Source: Bacillota bacterium (lineage in GTDB: Bacteria > Bacillota > Clostridia > Christensenellales > UMGS416). From it: DNA of 64,000 nt. The stretch is from assembly GCA_023398815.1 (NCBI GenBank), contig JAEWRW010000049.1:23983-87982 (forward strand), in the 5' to 3' direction. The number at the start of each line of letters is the position of its first letter. Positions within the stretch are counted from its first letter, which is position 1. A program made the translations under genes and the position numbers. Of this stretch, positions 40,101 to 48,421 are shown in pieces. The notes below the pieces were generated by a model. The model was not told where the DNA came from and made no database searches. It saw nothing but the letters and a program-made list of their open reading frames with translations.

Positions 40101-40687
40101 GCAACTGGCGGGGCCCGGTGCCTGCGCCGGAGATCAAGCGGAGGCCCCTCTTCCTGGAGCAGACCCGGCGTTACAGTGCCACGGAGCTGGGCACCTTTGC
40201 CCACACGGTGCTGCAGCTGCTGCCGGTGAATGTCACGCTCGCCGAGGTGCCTGCGTACCTGGCCGACTATGAATCCCGAGGGCTGCTGCCTGAGGGTGTG
40301 GCGGGGCTCATCAACCTCGGGTGGATCGAGCGGTATCTCATGAGCGACCTCGTGCGGCGCATGCAGGCCTCCCCCCGGGTGGAGCGGGAGGTGCCCTTCA
40401 ACCTCTCCCTGCCCGCCAGAGTCGTATTCCCCAAGGACACCGGTGAGGACGAACCCGTGCTGGTGCAGGGCATCATCGACTGCTGTTTCCTGGAGAGGGA
40501 TCGCTGGGTACTGGTGGACTACAAAACCAACCGCGTGGACGCCACCCAGACGGCGGAATCGCTGGTGGAGCATTACCGCCCGCAGCTTGTCGTCTACCGT
40601 CAGGCGCTGGAGACCATCACTGGTACCCCGGTGGAGAGTGGATGGCTCTACCTCCTTTCGGTGGGGGAGGCGCGTCAGGTGCTTTGA
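37160..40687 (+). CDS. addA: helicase-exonuclease AddAB, subunit AddA
   Basis: UvrD/Rep motifs (VVAAAAGSGKTAVL, VDEYQD, TVHKSKGLEFPVV). C-terminal nuclease motif GIIDCCF...LVDYKTN. Confidence 0.93.
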   Translation: MTMAWTADQRSAIEASEGNLVVAAAAGSGKTAVLVERICRLIVAEGADVERMLISTFTRAAAAEMRERIARRVQEEAAAGGPESRRLQRQLNRMDRAPIGTLHSFCDTLLRQYYHLIGLEPTFRVEDENVTESLLDEVLTDVIEECFEAGDAVFLNLADCWGGRDGEGLADLVSTLYHRIQNYPDPLGWLRTQAAAFDFARLEDTPWYGELVRRVEDNLRLAGSLLDTALQECALPGGPAVYLPQLEAEQAALTALLAQYDGALPPLESLTGVFGRLPAARGAVGGERKAAVQSLRNAAKKAVETAQKNPLLAGRAALETRTHAVAPQMAALCRVVEAFDEAFAREKRRQNVLDFNDLEHLALRVLADDAVHQEVLETYDYVFVDEYQDISPIQDAILRQVARPGRFFCVGDVKQGIYRFRAAEPAIFLSRLERCGTPDAPGERRIDLAMNFRSAPRVVALVNYLFDGLMSRRLGDVDYTGPHRLVAGAAAPPSAGDAPPEEGNELILIDNGGRTDRELTRLQELISLEREATVIAARIERQLAQPLWDGKAGLFRPTRLSDIVILLRSVSGVAGVYTDVLRRCGIPAEAEGEGGFGEQLEIQLLMSCLRLIDNTQRDEDLIACLASVVGGLELADLVELRGVYRDGSFAQAVLSYAAGQQDTLAERLRAFLRRLEGWRALARHSDLEKLIWQVFEESTLMDWAATLPSGDGRQANLRQAALLGRGFPGTLADFLLRFARLSSKLKRATGGAQMEAVRILTVHKSKGLEFPVVILANLSKQINQMDTIQPFLLHGSLGLGPRFHDAAQRTYGNTLARLAIQGRIHRENCSEEMRLLYVALTRARERLILVATVGDLSAALTKWRLPVSAELLASGNQSWLDWLGPMALRSPAGEALLAGDDGAAQPPHDPLWRIDTVAAEGIERRFVPVGDRLARVDALMAALPDEVPADIERDLTWRYPWGDVAALPSKVSATSLLDRKRNWRGPVPAPEIKRRPLFLEQTRRYSATELGTFAHTVLQLLPVNVTLAEVPAYLADYESRGLLPEGVAGLINLGWIERYLMSDLVRRMQASPRVEREVPFNLSLPARVVFPKDTGEDEPVLVQGIIDCCFLERDRWVLVDYKTNRVDATQTAESLVEHYRPQLVVYRQALETITGTPVESGWLYLLSVGEARQVL

Positions 40688-40783
40688 CGGTGAGCAAGGG
40701 CGTACACCACAACGCAACCATTTCCCTGTTTGCCGACAGGATTGCAACGGTATACTGGACATAAGGTCGGACGGGAGGTTGCC

Positions 40784-42145
40784 ATGAACGGAAAAGAACT
40801 GGTACGCAACGCCATCCTCTGCCAAGAGGTGGAGCGCATCCCTTGGGTGCCCTTTGTGGGTTGCCACGCCGCAAAGCTATTGGATGTTTCTGCTGAGGAT
40901 TATTTTAAGGACGCCGCGCAGATTGTGCGGGGGGCGTTGCTGGCCGACAAACTCTATGAGCCCGACGGGCTGCCGGTGCTCTTTGACCTGCAGGTGGAGG
41001 CCGAGGCCCTGGGCTGCCGGGTGCAGTTCTCGGCGGAGAATCCGCCGGCCGTCATGGCTCACCCGTTGGAGGGAACGACCGATCGCTCGGCTCTGCGGGT
41101 GCCAAGCAAGGACGATGGCCGCTTCCCCGTGGTGCTGGAGGCTGCCCGCCGCATCGTGGCCGAGCTGGGCGACCGCATGGCCATCTATGGCCTGGTGACC
41201 GGCCCCTTCACGCTGGGCCTGCACCTGCGGGGCACCGATATTTTCTTTGACATGCTGGACGACCCCGACAGCGTGACCGAGCTCATGGCCTTCTGCGCCG
41301 AGGTGTGCAAGACCGTTGCCGGCTGGTACCTGGAGGCTGGCGTGGACATCGTCGCCATTGTGGACCCGATGACGAGCCAGATCTCCAGCGATAACTTTGC
41401 CGAGTTTGTGCGGCCCGCGGCCACAGCGGTCTTTGACCACATCCGTGACCTGGGCGGGCTGGCGTCGTTCTTCGTGTGCGGCAACGCCAAGCGCAACATC
41501 GAGGAAATGTGCCGTTGCCACCCCCACAACCTGTCCATTGACGAGAACATTCCCCTGGGGTATGTCAAGGACATTGCCGAGCGCTACGGCGTTTCGGTGG
41601 GCGGCAACATTCAGCTGACGGTGACGATGCTGCTGGGCACGCCGGCAGACAACATCCGCGACGCGGCCAACTGCTGCGCCATCGGCGGCAAGCGGGGCTT
41701 CGTGCTGTCGCCCGGCTGTGACATGCCCTTTGCCACGCCGGCGGTGAATGTGCAGGCCATCGCAGCCTATGTTCACGGGCGGGACGGCGAGTTCTTGGCC
41801 ACTCACCAGGCCGAGGGCCTGCAGGTCGTGGCCTATGACAAACCGGACTACGCCACGAAGATCGGTGTGGACGTTGATGTCATCACGTTGGACTCCGAGA
41901 GCTGCGCCCCCTGCCAGTACATGATGGAGGCTGTGCGCGCCGCTGCAAAGGACCTGCCGGCGCTCACGGTCACTGAACACAAGGTGAAGACGCCCGAGGG
42001 CATCGGCTGCATGCTGGCCCTGGGGGTCAAGAACATCCCGACAATCGTGGTGGATGGTGAGACCCGCTACATCAGCATCATCCCCGAGGTCGCCGAGTTG
42101 CGCGCGACCTTTGAGCAGGCGCTGCGGGGGAAGGGATTGCTGTGA
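40784..42145 (+). CDS. URO-D-family (MtaA/CmuA-like) protein fused to a C-terminal CxxC thioredoxin-fold domain
   Basis: ATG at 40784 after GGGAGG. About 350 aa of URO-D-like sequence (...ERIPWVPF...GLVTGPFTL...IVDPMTSQ...FFVCGN...SPGCDMP...). The last ~94 aa (41861-42142), ...ITLDSESCAPCQYM...VKNIPTIVVDGE..., resemble small Thioredoxin_3-type proteins. Confidence 0.8.
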   Translation: MNGKELVRNAILCQEVERIPWVPFVGCHAAKLLDVSAEDYFKDAAQIVRGALLADKLYEPDGLPVLFDLQVEAEALGCRVQFSAENPPAVMAHPLEGTTDRSALRVPSKDDGRFPVVLEAARRIVAELGDRMAIYGLVTGPFTLGLHLRGTDIFFDMLDDPDSVTELMAFCAEVCKTVAGWYLEAGVDIVAIVDPMTSQISSDNFAEFVRPAATAVFDHIRDLGGLASFFVCGNAKRNIEEMCRCHPHNLSIDENIPLGYVKDIAERYGVSVGGNIQLTVTMLLGTPADNIRDAANCCAIGGKRGFVLSPGCDMPFATPAVNVQAIAAYVHGRDGEFLATHQAEGLQVVAYDKPDYATKIGVDVDVITLDSESCAPCQYMMEAVRAAAKDLPALTVTEHKVKTPEGIGCMLALGVKNIPTIVVDGETRYISIIPEVAELRATFEQALRGKGLL

Positions 42146-42414
42146 CACTGACGGTTGTCACCATCCGCCAGCTCTGCTCGGCCTGCCACATTGTGGAGGG
42201 GGCCCTGCGGGAGATTTTCGCGCGGGTGCAGCAGCAGTTGCCGGCGCTGGAGCTGGAGTGGGTCGTCTATGACGACCCGAACACGGCGATGGACTACCCG
42301 GGGCTGGAGCTGCCCAAGTTCCCGGCCATCTTCCTGAAAGGGGAGCAGATGACGGCGGGGTCCATCCCCAGCCTGCGGGAGCTGACCCGATGGATGGAGG
42401 AGAACGAAGCGTGA
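42142..42414 (+). CDS. small CxxC thioredoxin-fold protein (divergent)
   Basis: GTG start in a GTGA overlap with the upstream stop. 90 aa. ...RQLCSACHIVEG...LPKFPAIFLKGEQMTAG... has the same architecture as the fused domain upstream. Confidence 0.6.
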   Translation: MTLTVVTIRQLCSACHIVEGALREIFARVQQQLPALELEWVVYDDPNTAMDYPGLELPKFPAIFLKGEQMTAGSIPSLRELTRWMEENEA

Positions 42415-43439
42415 AACGGCTGATGGTCATTGGCGGGTTCCTAGGCGCTGGCAAGACGACGGTCATTCTGGCGTTGGCTCGGCTTCTGGCAGGGGAAGGC
42501 CGCCGCGTCGCGGTCGTCACCAACGACAGGGGCACCGCGCTGGTGGACACACTCTATCTGCAGTCTCAGGGGCTCCCGGCCTACGGCCTGGGCGGGGGGT
42601 GTTTCTGCACCCAGTTGGAGAATTTCCACGCCGTGCTGCAGACGATTGACGAGGCCGAACACCCTGATGTCGTGCTGTGCGAGCCCATCGGCAGTAGCAT
42701 CGACCTGCTCGACAAGCTGCTGGGCGGCGTGGCCCAAGCCTTTCCCGAGGGGTTGGCCATCGCCCCGCTTACGGTCGTGGTGGACCCGGTGCGGCTGGGC
42801 AACTGGCTCCGTCGCCGCGGCACCGACGGGGCGACGCACCTCGACTATGTTTTCGAAAAGCAGATGGAGCAGGCCGACGTGCTGTTCCTCAACAAGACTG
42901 ATGCCCTCCAGCAGGAGCAGATCGCCACCCTTGCGGCGGCCCTAGCCGAGGCTCTGCCGGGTAAAGAACTGCTGACTGGCGCGGCGGCGCGGGGTGCGGG
43001 TGTGGAGGAACTGCTGGCGGCGCTCAACCGCCGGGACTGGGCCAGCTGGACGCTGCCGCTCGACCTTGCCCAGCACAAGCAGGCCGAACGGGAACTGGGC
43101 TGGTTTGGCTTGACCTACGAGGTCGCGGGCGTGCGTTCGCTGCGAAAGCTCCTGCAGGAGGCTGGTCGCCAGATCGCCCTGCAGTTCCCCAACCGCGACG
43201 TGGCCCACGTCAAGTTTGTGGCGCTGGATGGCCAGGGCGGCCTGAAGGCCAGCATGACCGACGACAGCGGCACGGTGCGTTTCTCCACCCCAAACGACCG
43301 GACGGGTGACTTCCGGCTCATCGCCAGTGCCCGCGTGCAGGGGGAGGCCGCCCAGGTGCGGCGCGTCGTTTCCGGCGCACTGGAGGTGGCCTGCCGCCGG
43401 CAGAAGGCCGCCTGCCGCCCGGTGCGCAGCGCCGAATAG
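42411..43439 (+). CDS. G3E-family P-loop GTPase (CobW/HypB/UreG-like) with atypical metal motif
   Basis: GTG start in a GTGA overlap, with GGAGGAG 8 nt upstream. Walker A GGFLGAGKTT, EPIGSS, and NKxD motif LNKTD. GGCFCT replaces the CobW GCxCC. The C-terminal ~130 aa is unassigned. Confidence 0.75.
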   Translation: MKRLMVIGGFLGAGKTTVILALARLLAGEGRRVAVVTNDRGTALVDTLYLQSQGLPAYGLGGGCFCTQLENFHAVLQTIDEAEHPDVVLCEPIGSSIDLLDKLLGGVAQAFPEGLAIAPLTVVVDPVRLGNWLRRRGTDGATHLDYVFEKQMEQADVLFLNKTDALQQEQIATLAAALAEALPGKELLTGAAARGAGVEELLAALNRRDWASWTLPLDLAQHKQAERELGWFGLTYEVAGVRSLRKLLQEAGRQIALQFPNRDVAHVKFVALDGQGGLKASMTDDSGTVRFSTPNDRTGDFRLIASARVQGEAAQVRRVVSGALEVACRRQKAACRPVRSAE

Positions 43440-43454
43440 GCCTACGGGTCCGTG

Positions 43455-43484
43455 GTGTTTGTGCTATACTGGTGACACAAACAC
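43455..43484 (+). promoter_or_regulatory. 9-bp inverted repeat bracketing an extended -10 (TGcTATACT): candidate operator and promoter of the helicase gene
   Basis: GTGTTTGTG (43455-43463) and CACAAACAC (43476-43484) flank ctatactggtga. TGcTATACT is at 43462-43470. No good -35. Confidence 0.45.
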
Positions 43485-43499
43485 ACCGGGGGTTCCAGT

Positions 43500-45872
43500 T
43501 TGACCAAGCCCATCCGCTCCCTTGCCATCCGCGAACTGGTGGAAACGATGTTCCCGGGCAGCGATTTGCTGCCCGTTTCGTCGTCGCTTCTGAGCGCTCA
43601 GGTGGGCATGCGCCTGCATCAGGCCATACAGACCGGCCGGGGGGAGACGTACCGCGCCGAGGTGCCGCTGCGCTACGAGCAAGAGGGCGAGCTTCTCACC
43701 CTGCGCATTACCGGCCGCATCGATGGCCTGCAGCCCGGCGACCCACCGGTGCTGGAGGAAATCAAATCCCATCGGCATACGCTGGAGGCAGGCTTCGCGG
43801 GGGAGCCGGTGCACTGGGCCCAGGCCATGGCCTATGCCGCCATCTACTGCCGTGACAATGACCTGCCCGGTATGGTGGTGCGGCTCATCTACATCCACAG
43901 CCAGAGCGAGGAACAACGGCACTTCGACCGTTACCACGGGGCGGATGACCTCATGGACTGGCTCAAGGATCTCTGTGGGCGGTACCTCGCCCAGGTGGAG
44001 CGGGAGGAGCGCCGCATTGAGCGGGGCGGCGCGGTGAACCGGGGGCTGGACTTCCCCTTTGGCCGCATGCGGGAGGGCCAGCGCCAGATGATTGACGCCG
44101 TCCACCAGCATGTGGCCCAGGGTGCGACACTCTTCGTCTCCGCCCCCACGGGCATTGGTAAGACGATGGGAACCCTGTACCCGGCGGTGCGCGCCATGGC
44201 CGGGGGAGCCTGCCGGAAGCTTTTCTACCTCACGGCCCGCAACCCGGTGAAGGCCGTGGCAGAGGAGAGCGTCCGCACCCTCATCGCCAGCGGGTTCGCA
44301 CTGCGTGGCGTCACCCTCACAGCTAAGGACGCTCTGTGCCCCATGCCCGATGGCACACCCTGCCACCCCGAGCATTGCCCCCGGGCGGCAGGTTTTTTCG
44401 ATCGCCTGCCCCAGGCTCTCGATGAACTGCCGCCCTACGCCCACCTGGGCCGGCGGGAGGTGCTTGACCTGGCCCGCCGCCATACCTTGTGCCCCCACGA
44501 GTTGGAGCTCTCCATTGCCGAGGTCTGTGACGTCGTGGTGTGCGACTACAACAACGTCTTTGACCCACGGGTGCGGGTGCGCCGGTTCTTCGATCGTGGT
44601 GGGGAGTACCACTTGCTGGTGGATGAGGCCCACAACCTCGTGGACCGCGCGCGGGACATGTACTCCGCCGCGCTGGAGGAGACAGTGCTGCGCACCTGGC
44701 TCATGGATCTGCCGCTGACGGCCCTTACCGGCGAGCGGGCCGAGGCCCAGACCGCCGTCGCCGTGTTGGACACCCTCACCCGCCTGGGTGGCGACCTGCC
44801 CCCAGGCGACGGCGAGACCCTGCTGGAGGCCGTGCCGAGTGAGCTCACCGAGGCCCTCGATGAGTTCGCTGACCGCGCCGCACCGCTCCTCGACCGCCAG
44901 CCCCAGGATGTGGAGGAGACCCTGCTGGATCTCTTCTTCATGGTGCGGCTCTTTCAGTCCACCCAGGAGGAGTTGGGGGAGGAATACCGCATTCTCTTAG
45001 GCCGCGTGGGCGGTACGCTGACACTGCGCCTGCGGTGCATCGACCCGGCCCCGCGCCTGCGGCAGAGCTTGCAGGGCGTCAACGGCGCGGTGTTTTTCTC
45101 GGCCACGCTGACGCCATTCTCCTATTACACGCGGCTCCTTGGGGCGGAGGATCCCAGCTGTCTGCAGCTGCCCTCGCCCTTCCCGCCGGAGCACCTAAAA
45201 GTGCTGAACCTCAATGTGGACACGACCTGGGCCAAGCGGGCGGGGTCGATGGAGAGACTGGTTGAGGCGCTGGGTGCCTTTGCCGGTGGGCGGCGGGGCA
45301 ACTACCTCTTTTTCTTCCCGTCCTACCAGTACATGAACGACGCACATAGCTTGTTTGCGGCGGGGTATCCTGACATTTACAGCCCCATGCAAGCGCCGGG
45401 CATGGGGGAGGGCGACCGCACCGCGTTTTTGGCGGCCTTTGAGCAAACCCACCCCGGCGGCATGGCGGCCTTCGCCGTCATGGGTGGTATCTTTGGTGAG
45501 GGCATTGACCTGGCCGGCGAGCGTGTCATCGGCGTTGCCATTGTGGGCGTGGGGTTGCCGCAGGTGTGCTTGGAGCGCAACCTCATGCAGCAATACCACG
45601 ACGAGATGGAGGAGCCCGGCTACGAGTATGCCTACACCATCCCCGGCTTCAACCGGGTGATGCAGGCGGTCGGTCGGCTCATTCGCGGCGAGGAAGACCG
45701 CGGCGTGGTGCTGTTGGCCGACCGCCGCTTCGGCTGGAACCGCTACCGGGAGTTGACGCCACCCTGGTGGCAGCCGGTGACCCGTACCCACAGCGCCGCT
45801 GCCATCGACCGGGCGGTGTGTGGTTTCTGGCAGCAAGAGTCGGTTGGCACACAACACGATACGATCGTATGA
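43500..45872 (+). CDS. DinG/XPD-family ATP-dependent helicase with N-terminal PD-(D/E)XK nuclease domain
   Basis: TTG start. N-terminal RecB-type nuclease motifs (GRIDG...LEEIKS...QAMAY). Helicase motif I SAPTGIGKT and DEAH box VDEAHN. Four-Cys cluster CPMPDGTPCHPEHC...C between them, which is Fe-S domain-like. Confidence 0.85.
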   Translation: MTKPIRSLAIRELVETMFPGSDLLPVSSSLLSAQVGMRLHQAIQTGRGETYRAEVPLRYEQEGELLTLRITGRIDGLQPGDPPVLEEIKSHRHTLEAGFAGEPVHWAQAMAYAAIYCRDNDLPGMVVRLIYIHSQSEEQRHFDRYHGADDLMDWLKDLCGRYLAQVEREERRIERGGAVNRGLDFPFGRMREGQRQMIDAVHQHVAQGATLFVSAPTGIGKTMGTLYPAVRAMAGGACRKLFYLTARNPVKAVAEESVRTLIASGFALRGVTLTAKDALCPMPDGTPCHPEHCPRAAGFFDRLPQALDELPPYAHLGRREVLDLARRHTLCPHELELSIAEVCDVVVCDYNNVFDPRVRVRRFFDRGGEYHLLVDEAHNLVDRARDMYSAALEETVLRTWLMDLPLTALTGERAEAQTAVAVLDTLTRLGGDLPPGDGETLLEAVPSELTEALDEFADRAAPLLDRQPQDVEETLLDLFFMVRLFQSTQEELGEEYRILLGRVGGTLTLRLRCIDPAPRLRQSLQGVNGAVFFSATLTPFSYYTRLLGAEDPSCLQLPSPFPPEHLKVLNLNVDTTWAKRAGSMERLVEALGAFAGGRRGNYLFFFPSYQYMNDAHSLFAAGYPDIYSPMQAPGMGEGDRTAFLAAFEQTHPGGMAAFAVMGGIFGEGIDLAGERVIGVAIVGVGLPQVCLERNLMQQYHDEMEEPGYEYAYTIPGFNRVMQAVGRLIRGEEDRGVVLLADRRFGWNRYRELTPPWWQPVTRTHSAAAIDRAVCGFWQQESVGTQHDTIV

Positions 45873-45918
45873 TGCACAACGATGGCGCATCGCGTCGAAC
45901 CAATGAATGGGAGACTCC

Positions 45919-46425
45919 ATGAAGCTGTTTACCCCCTGGATGGCGCTCGACCGGGTGCCAATGATTGACCTGGAGCTGCTGCGGCAGCAGGGTGTGGAGA
46001 CCATACTACTCGATATGGACAACACCGTTGTGCCTTGGCACACCTTTGATGTGGACGAGGCAACCGCCGCCTGGTTTGCGCGGGCAAAGGAGATGGGCTT
46101 TACGCTGTGTATCCTTTCCAACAACCGCCGCTGGCGCATTGAAAAGCTGGCCGGCATGCTGGGGGTGCTGGGGGTCTGGGGCGCGCGCAAACCGTTCCTC
46201 AGCGGGTTCCTGCGGGCGCTGCGGGTGTGCCGTACCACGCCAAAGCGCACGGTGCTGGTGGGCGACCAGCTCTTCACCGACATCCTGGGGGCAAAGCTGC
46301 TCGGCATGCGCACGGTCCTGGTGCGGCCCCTGTCGCGACAGGAGCACCGCTGGACCCGCTGGATGCGGGTGTTGGAACGCAAGTTGGCAGGGCGCAGCTT
46401 TGACACCCGGACGGAGGGGCCATGA
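45919..46425 (+). CDS. YqeG-family HAD phosphatase
   Basis: ATG at 45919 after GGGAGA. ILLDMDNTVVPW motif I, ILSNN, and VGDQLFTDILGA. Confidence 0.8.
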   Translation: MKLFTPWMALDRVPMIDLELLRQQGVETILLDMDNTVVPWHTFDVDEATAAWFARAKEMGFTLCILSNNRRWRIEKLAGMLGVLGVWGARKPFLSGFLRALRVCRTTPKRTVLVGDQLFTDILGAKLLGMRTVLVRPLSRQEHRWTRWMRVLERKLAGRSFDTRTEGP

Positions 46426-47282
46426 ACGACCACATTCGCTTTGGCCCCGCCGGCAACTCCCGCAGCTTCTACGATCAAGGCCACAAAGGAACTCTGGAAG
46501 CGCCGCTATGGTTGCGAGGCTTGGGGCTCGATGCCTTTGAGTACTCCTTCGGCCATGGCATACGCGGTGGCGAACCGCTTTGGAGGAGCCTTGCCGAGGA
46601 GATGGCAGGGCAGGACATTGCCCTGTCGGTGCACGCGCCCTATTACATCAACTTCTGCAGCGAACAGGACGAGACGCGCCTGAAGTCTCGCGCGTACCTG
46701 ACGGAGACCCTGCGGGCCGCCGCCCTGCTGGGTGCGGGGCGGGTGGTGTTCCACCCCGGCTCTGCGAGCAAGCAAAGCCGGGAAGATGCCCTGCGCCGCG
46801 CGCGGGATGAGCTTGCCATGGTGCTGGCTGAGACCGACACCGACGAGCTGCGTTCCATCGTGCTCTGCCCGGAGACGATGGGAAAGGCGAGCCAGTTGGG
46901 CACGGTGGAGGAGATTTTGACGCTGTGCGAGCTCGACCGGGCTCGCCTGCTGCCCACCTTTGATTTTGGGCACATCAACGCCCGGGGGCAGGGCGTGCTG
47001 CGCACGCCGGCTGATTTCGCGTCGGTCTTTGACGCGACGGAATCCCGGCTGGGTGTGGACGCCGCAGCCCAGGCCCACATCCACTTCAGCCGCATCGAGT
47101 ATGGCAAGGCCGGCGAGATCCGACACCTGACGTTTGAAGACAACCGGTGGGGCCCCTTCTTTGAGCCGCTGGCCGAGGTGCTGGCCCAGCGCCGCTATGC
47201 CCCGGTCGTCATCTGCGAGTCAGCCGGCACCATGGCCGAGGATGCCCTGGCCATGCGGGCACTTTATGAAAGAGCGTTGTAG
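46422..47282 (+). CDS. TIM-barrel protein, AP endonuclease family 2 / sugar-phosphate isomerase-like
   Basis: ATGA overlap with the upstream gene. ...SVHAPYYINF...VVFHPGS...FDFGHINA... matches the endonuclease IV-like metal-ligand pattern. Confidence 0.7.
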   Translation: MNDHIRFGPAGNSRSFYDQGHKGTLEAPLWLRGLGLDAFEYSFGHGIRGGEPLWRSLAEEMAGQDIALSVHAPYYINFCSEQDETRLKSRAYLTETLRAAALLGAGRVVFHPGSASKQSREDALRRARDELAMVLAETDTDELRSIVLCPETMGKASQLGTVEEILTLCELDRARLLPTFDFGHINARGQGVLRTPADFASVFDATESRLGVDAAAQAHIHFSRIEYGKAGEIRHLTFEDNRWGPFFEPLAEVLAQRRYAPVVICESAGTMAEDALAMRALYERAL

Positions 47283-47306
47283 AGCCATGGCGAACTATGT
47301 TATACT
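47277..47306 (+). promoter_or_regulatory. putative promoter for the aminopeptidase-efp pair (TTGTAG-18-TATACT, with TGt extended -10)
   Basis: TTGTAG at 47277-47282 and TGtTATACT at 47298-47306. Confidence 0.45.
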
Positions 47307-47334
47307 GTAAGGCATGGAGTTCGGGAGGTATGGC

Positions 47335-48402
47335 ATGAAGCAGCGGATTTCCAACCTGACAGCGGGGCTTGGCGCCATCGGCGCGCAGGCAGGGCTCTTC
47401 CACAGTGCGGAGAATATTCGCTATTTCAGCGGCTTCACCGGTGAGGGTTTGGTGCTCCTGCATACGGCGGGCGCGGTGCTCATCACCGACTCCCGCTACA
47501 CCGAGCAGGCGTTAAACCAGTCCCCTGGGTTTGAGGTGTTGGAGCGCTCGTTTGACAAGTTCCTGCCCACCCTGCGGGAGCAGTTGACTCGCTTTGGCGC
47601 ACACACCGTGGCCTTTGAGGACACCGTGGTGTCGGTGGCAGACTGGAACGAACTTCGGGATGCGTTGCCGGGAACGGATCTCGTGTCCTTCGCAGGGCTT
47701 CCCGAACGGCTGCGCCTGACCAAGGATGTCGACGAGGTCGAGTGTCTGCTGGAAGCTGGCCGCATCACCGACGACATCATTGCGTATGCCTGGAAGATCA
47801 CCAAGCCCGGCATGACCGAGCTGGAACTGGTGGCCGAGCTCGATTACTACATGGCCAGCCACCACAAGGCCAAGTCCGCCTTCGCTTATATCGTGGCAGC
47901 TGGCCCCAATGGCTCCATGCCCCACGCCATCCCCAGCGACCGCGCCATTGCCACCGGTGACCTCGTCACCATTGACTTCGGTGCCGAGCACAAGGGCTAC
48001 AAGGCCGACATGACGCGCACCTTCGCGGTGGGCCAGCCCTCCGCCCAGATGGCCGAGGTCTACGCCATTGTGTTGGAAGCCCAGCTTCGGGCCAGTGCGG
48101 CCCTCAAGCCCGGCGTCTCCTGCCGTGCCATCGATAGCATTGCGCGAGACTACATCCGCGAGCGTGGCTATGGCGACCGGTTCGGCCATGGCACCGGCCA
48201 CGGTGTGGGCCTGATGATCCACGAAGCGCCGCGGCTCAATCAGCTGAGCGACGCCATCCTGACCGAGGGAATGGTTGTGACTGTGGAGCCGGGCATCTAC
48301 CTGCCGGGCGTCGGCGGCGTGCGCATTGAGGACACCTACATCATCACCGCCGACGGCGCGCGGAATATTTTCAAAGCCAACAAAAACTTAGTTATATTAT
48401 AA
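47335..48402 (+). CDS. M24-family Xaa-Pro aminopeptidase
   Basis: ATG at 47335, 6 nt after GGGAGG. Metal ligands in ...[16 protein letters not shown]...[14 protein letters not shown]...VTVEPGIY...IEDT. Sits upstream of efp, as in Bacillus. Confidence 0.9.
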   Translation: MKQRISNLTAGLGAIGAQAGLFHSAENIRYFSGFTGEGLVLLHTAGAVLITDSRYTEQALNQSPGFEVLERSFDKFLPTLREQLTRFGAHTVAFEDTVVSVADWNELRDALPGTDLVSFAGLPERLRLTKDVDEVECLLEAGRITDDIIAYAWKITKPGMTELELVAELDYYMASHHKAKSAFAYIVAAGPNGSMPHAIPSDRAIATGDLVTIDFGAEHKGYKADMTRTFAVGQPSAQMAEVYAIVLEAQLRASAALKPGVSCRAIDSIARDYIRERGYGDRFGHGTGHGVGLMIHEAPRLNQLSDAILTEGMVVTVEPGIYLPGVGGVRIEDTYIITADGARNIFKANKNLVIL

Positions 48403-48421
48403 GCAGTATGGAGGGACACCC

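Noticed and set aside
33560-43499. Search for LexA (Cheo-box, GAAC-N4-GTTC) sites upstream of addB, the helicase gene and other repair genes.
   Set aside because: No match was found by eye in the relevant intergenic regions, so SOS regulation cannot be claimed from this sequence.
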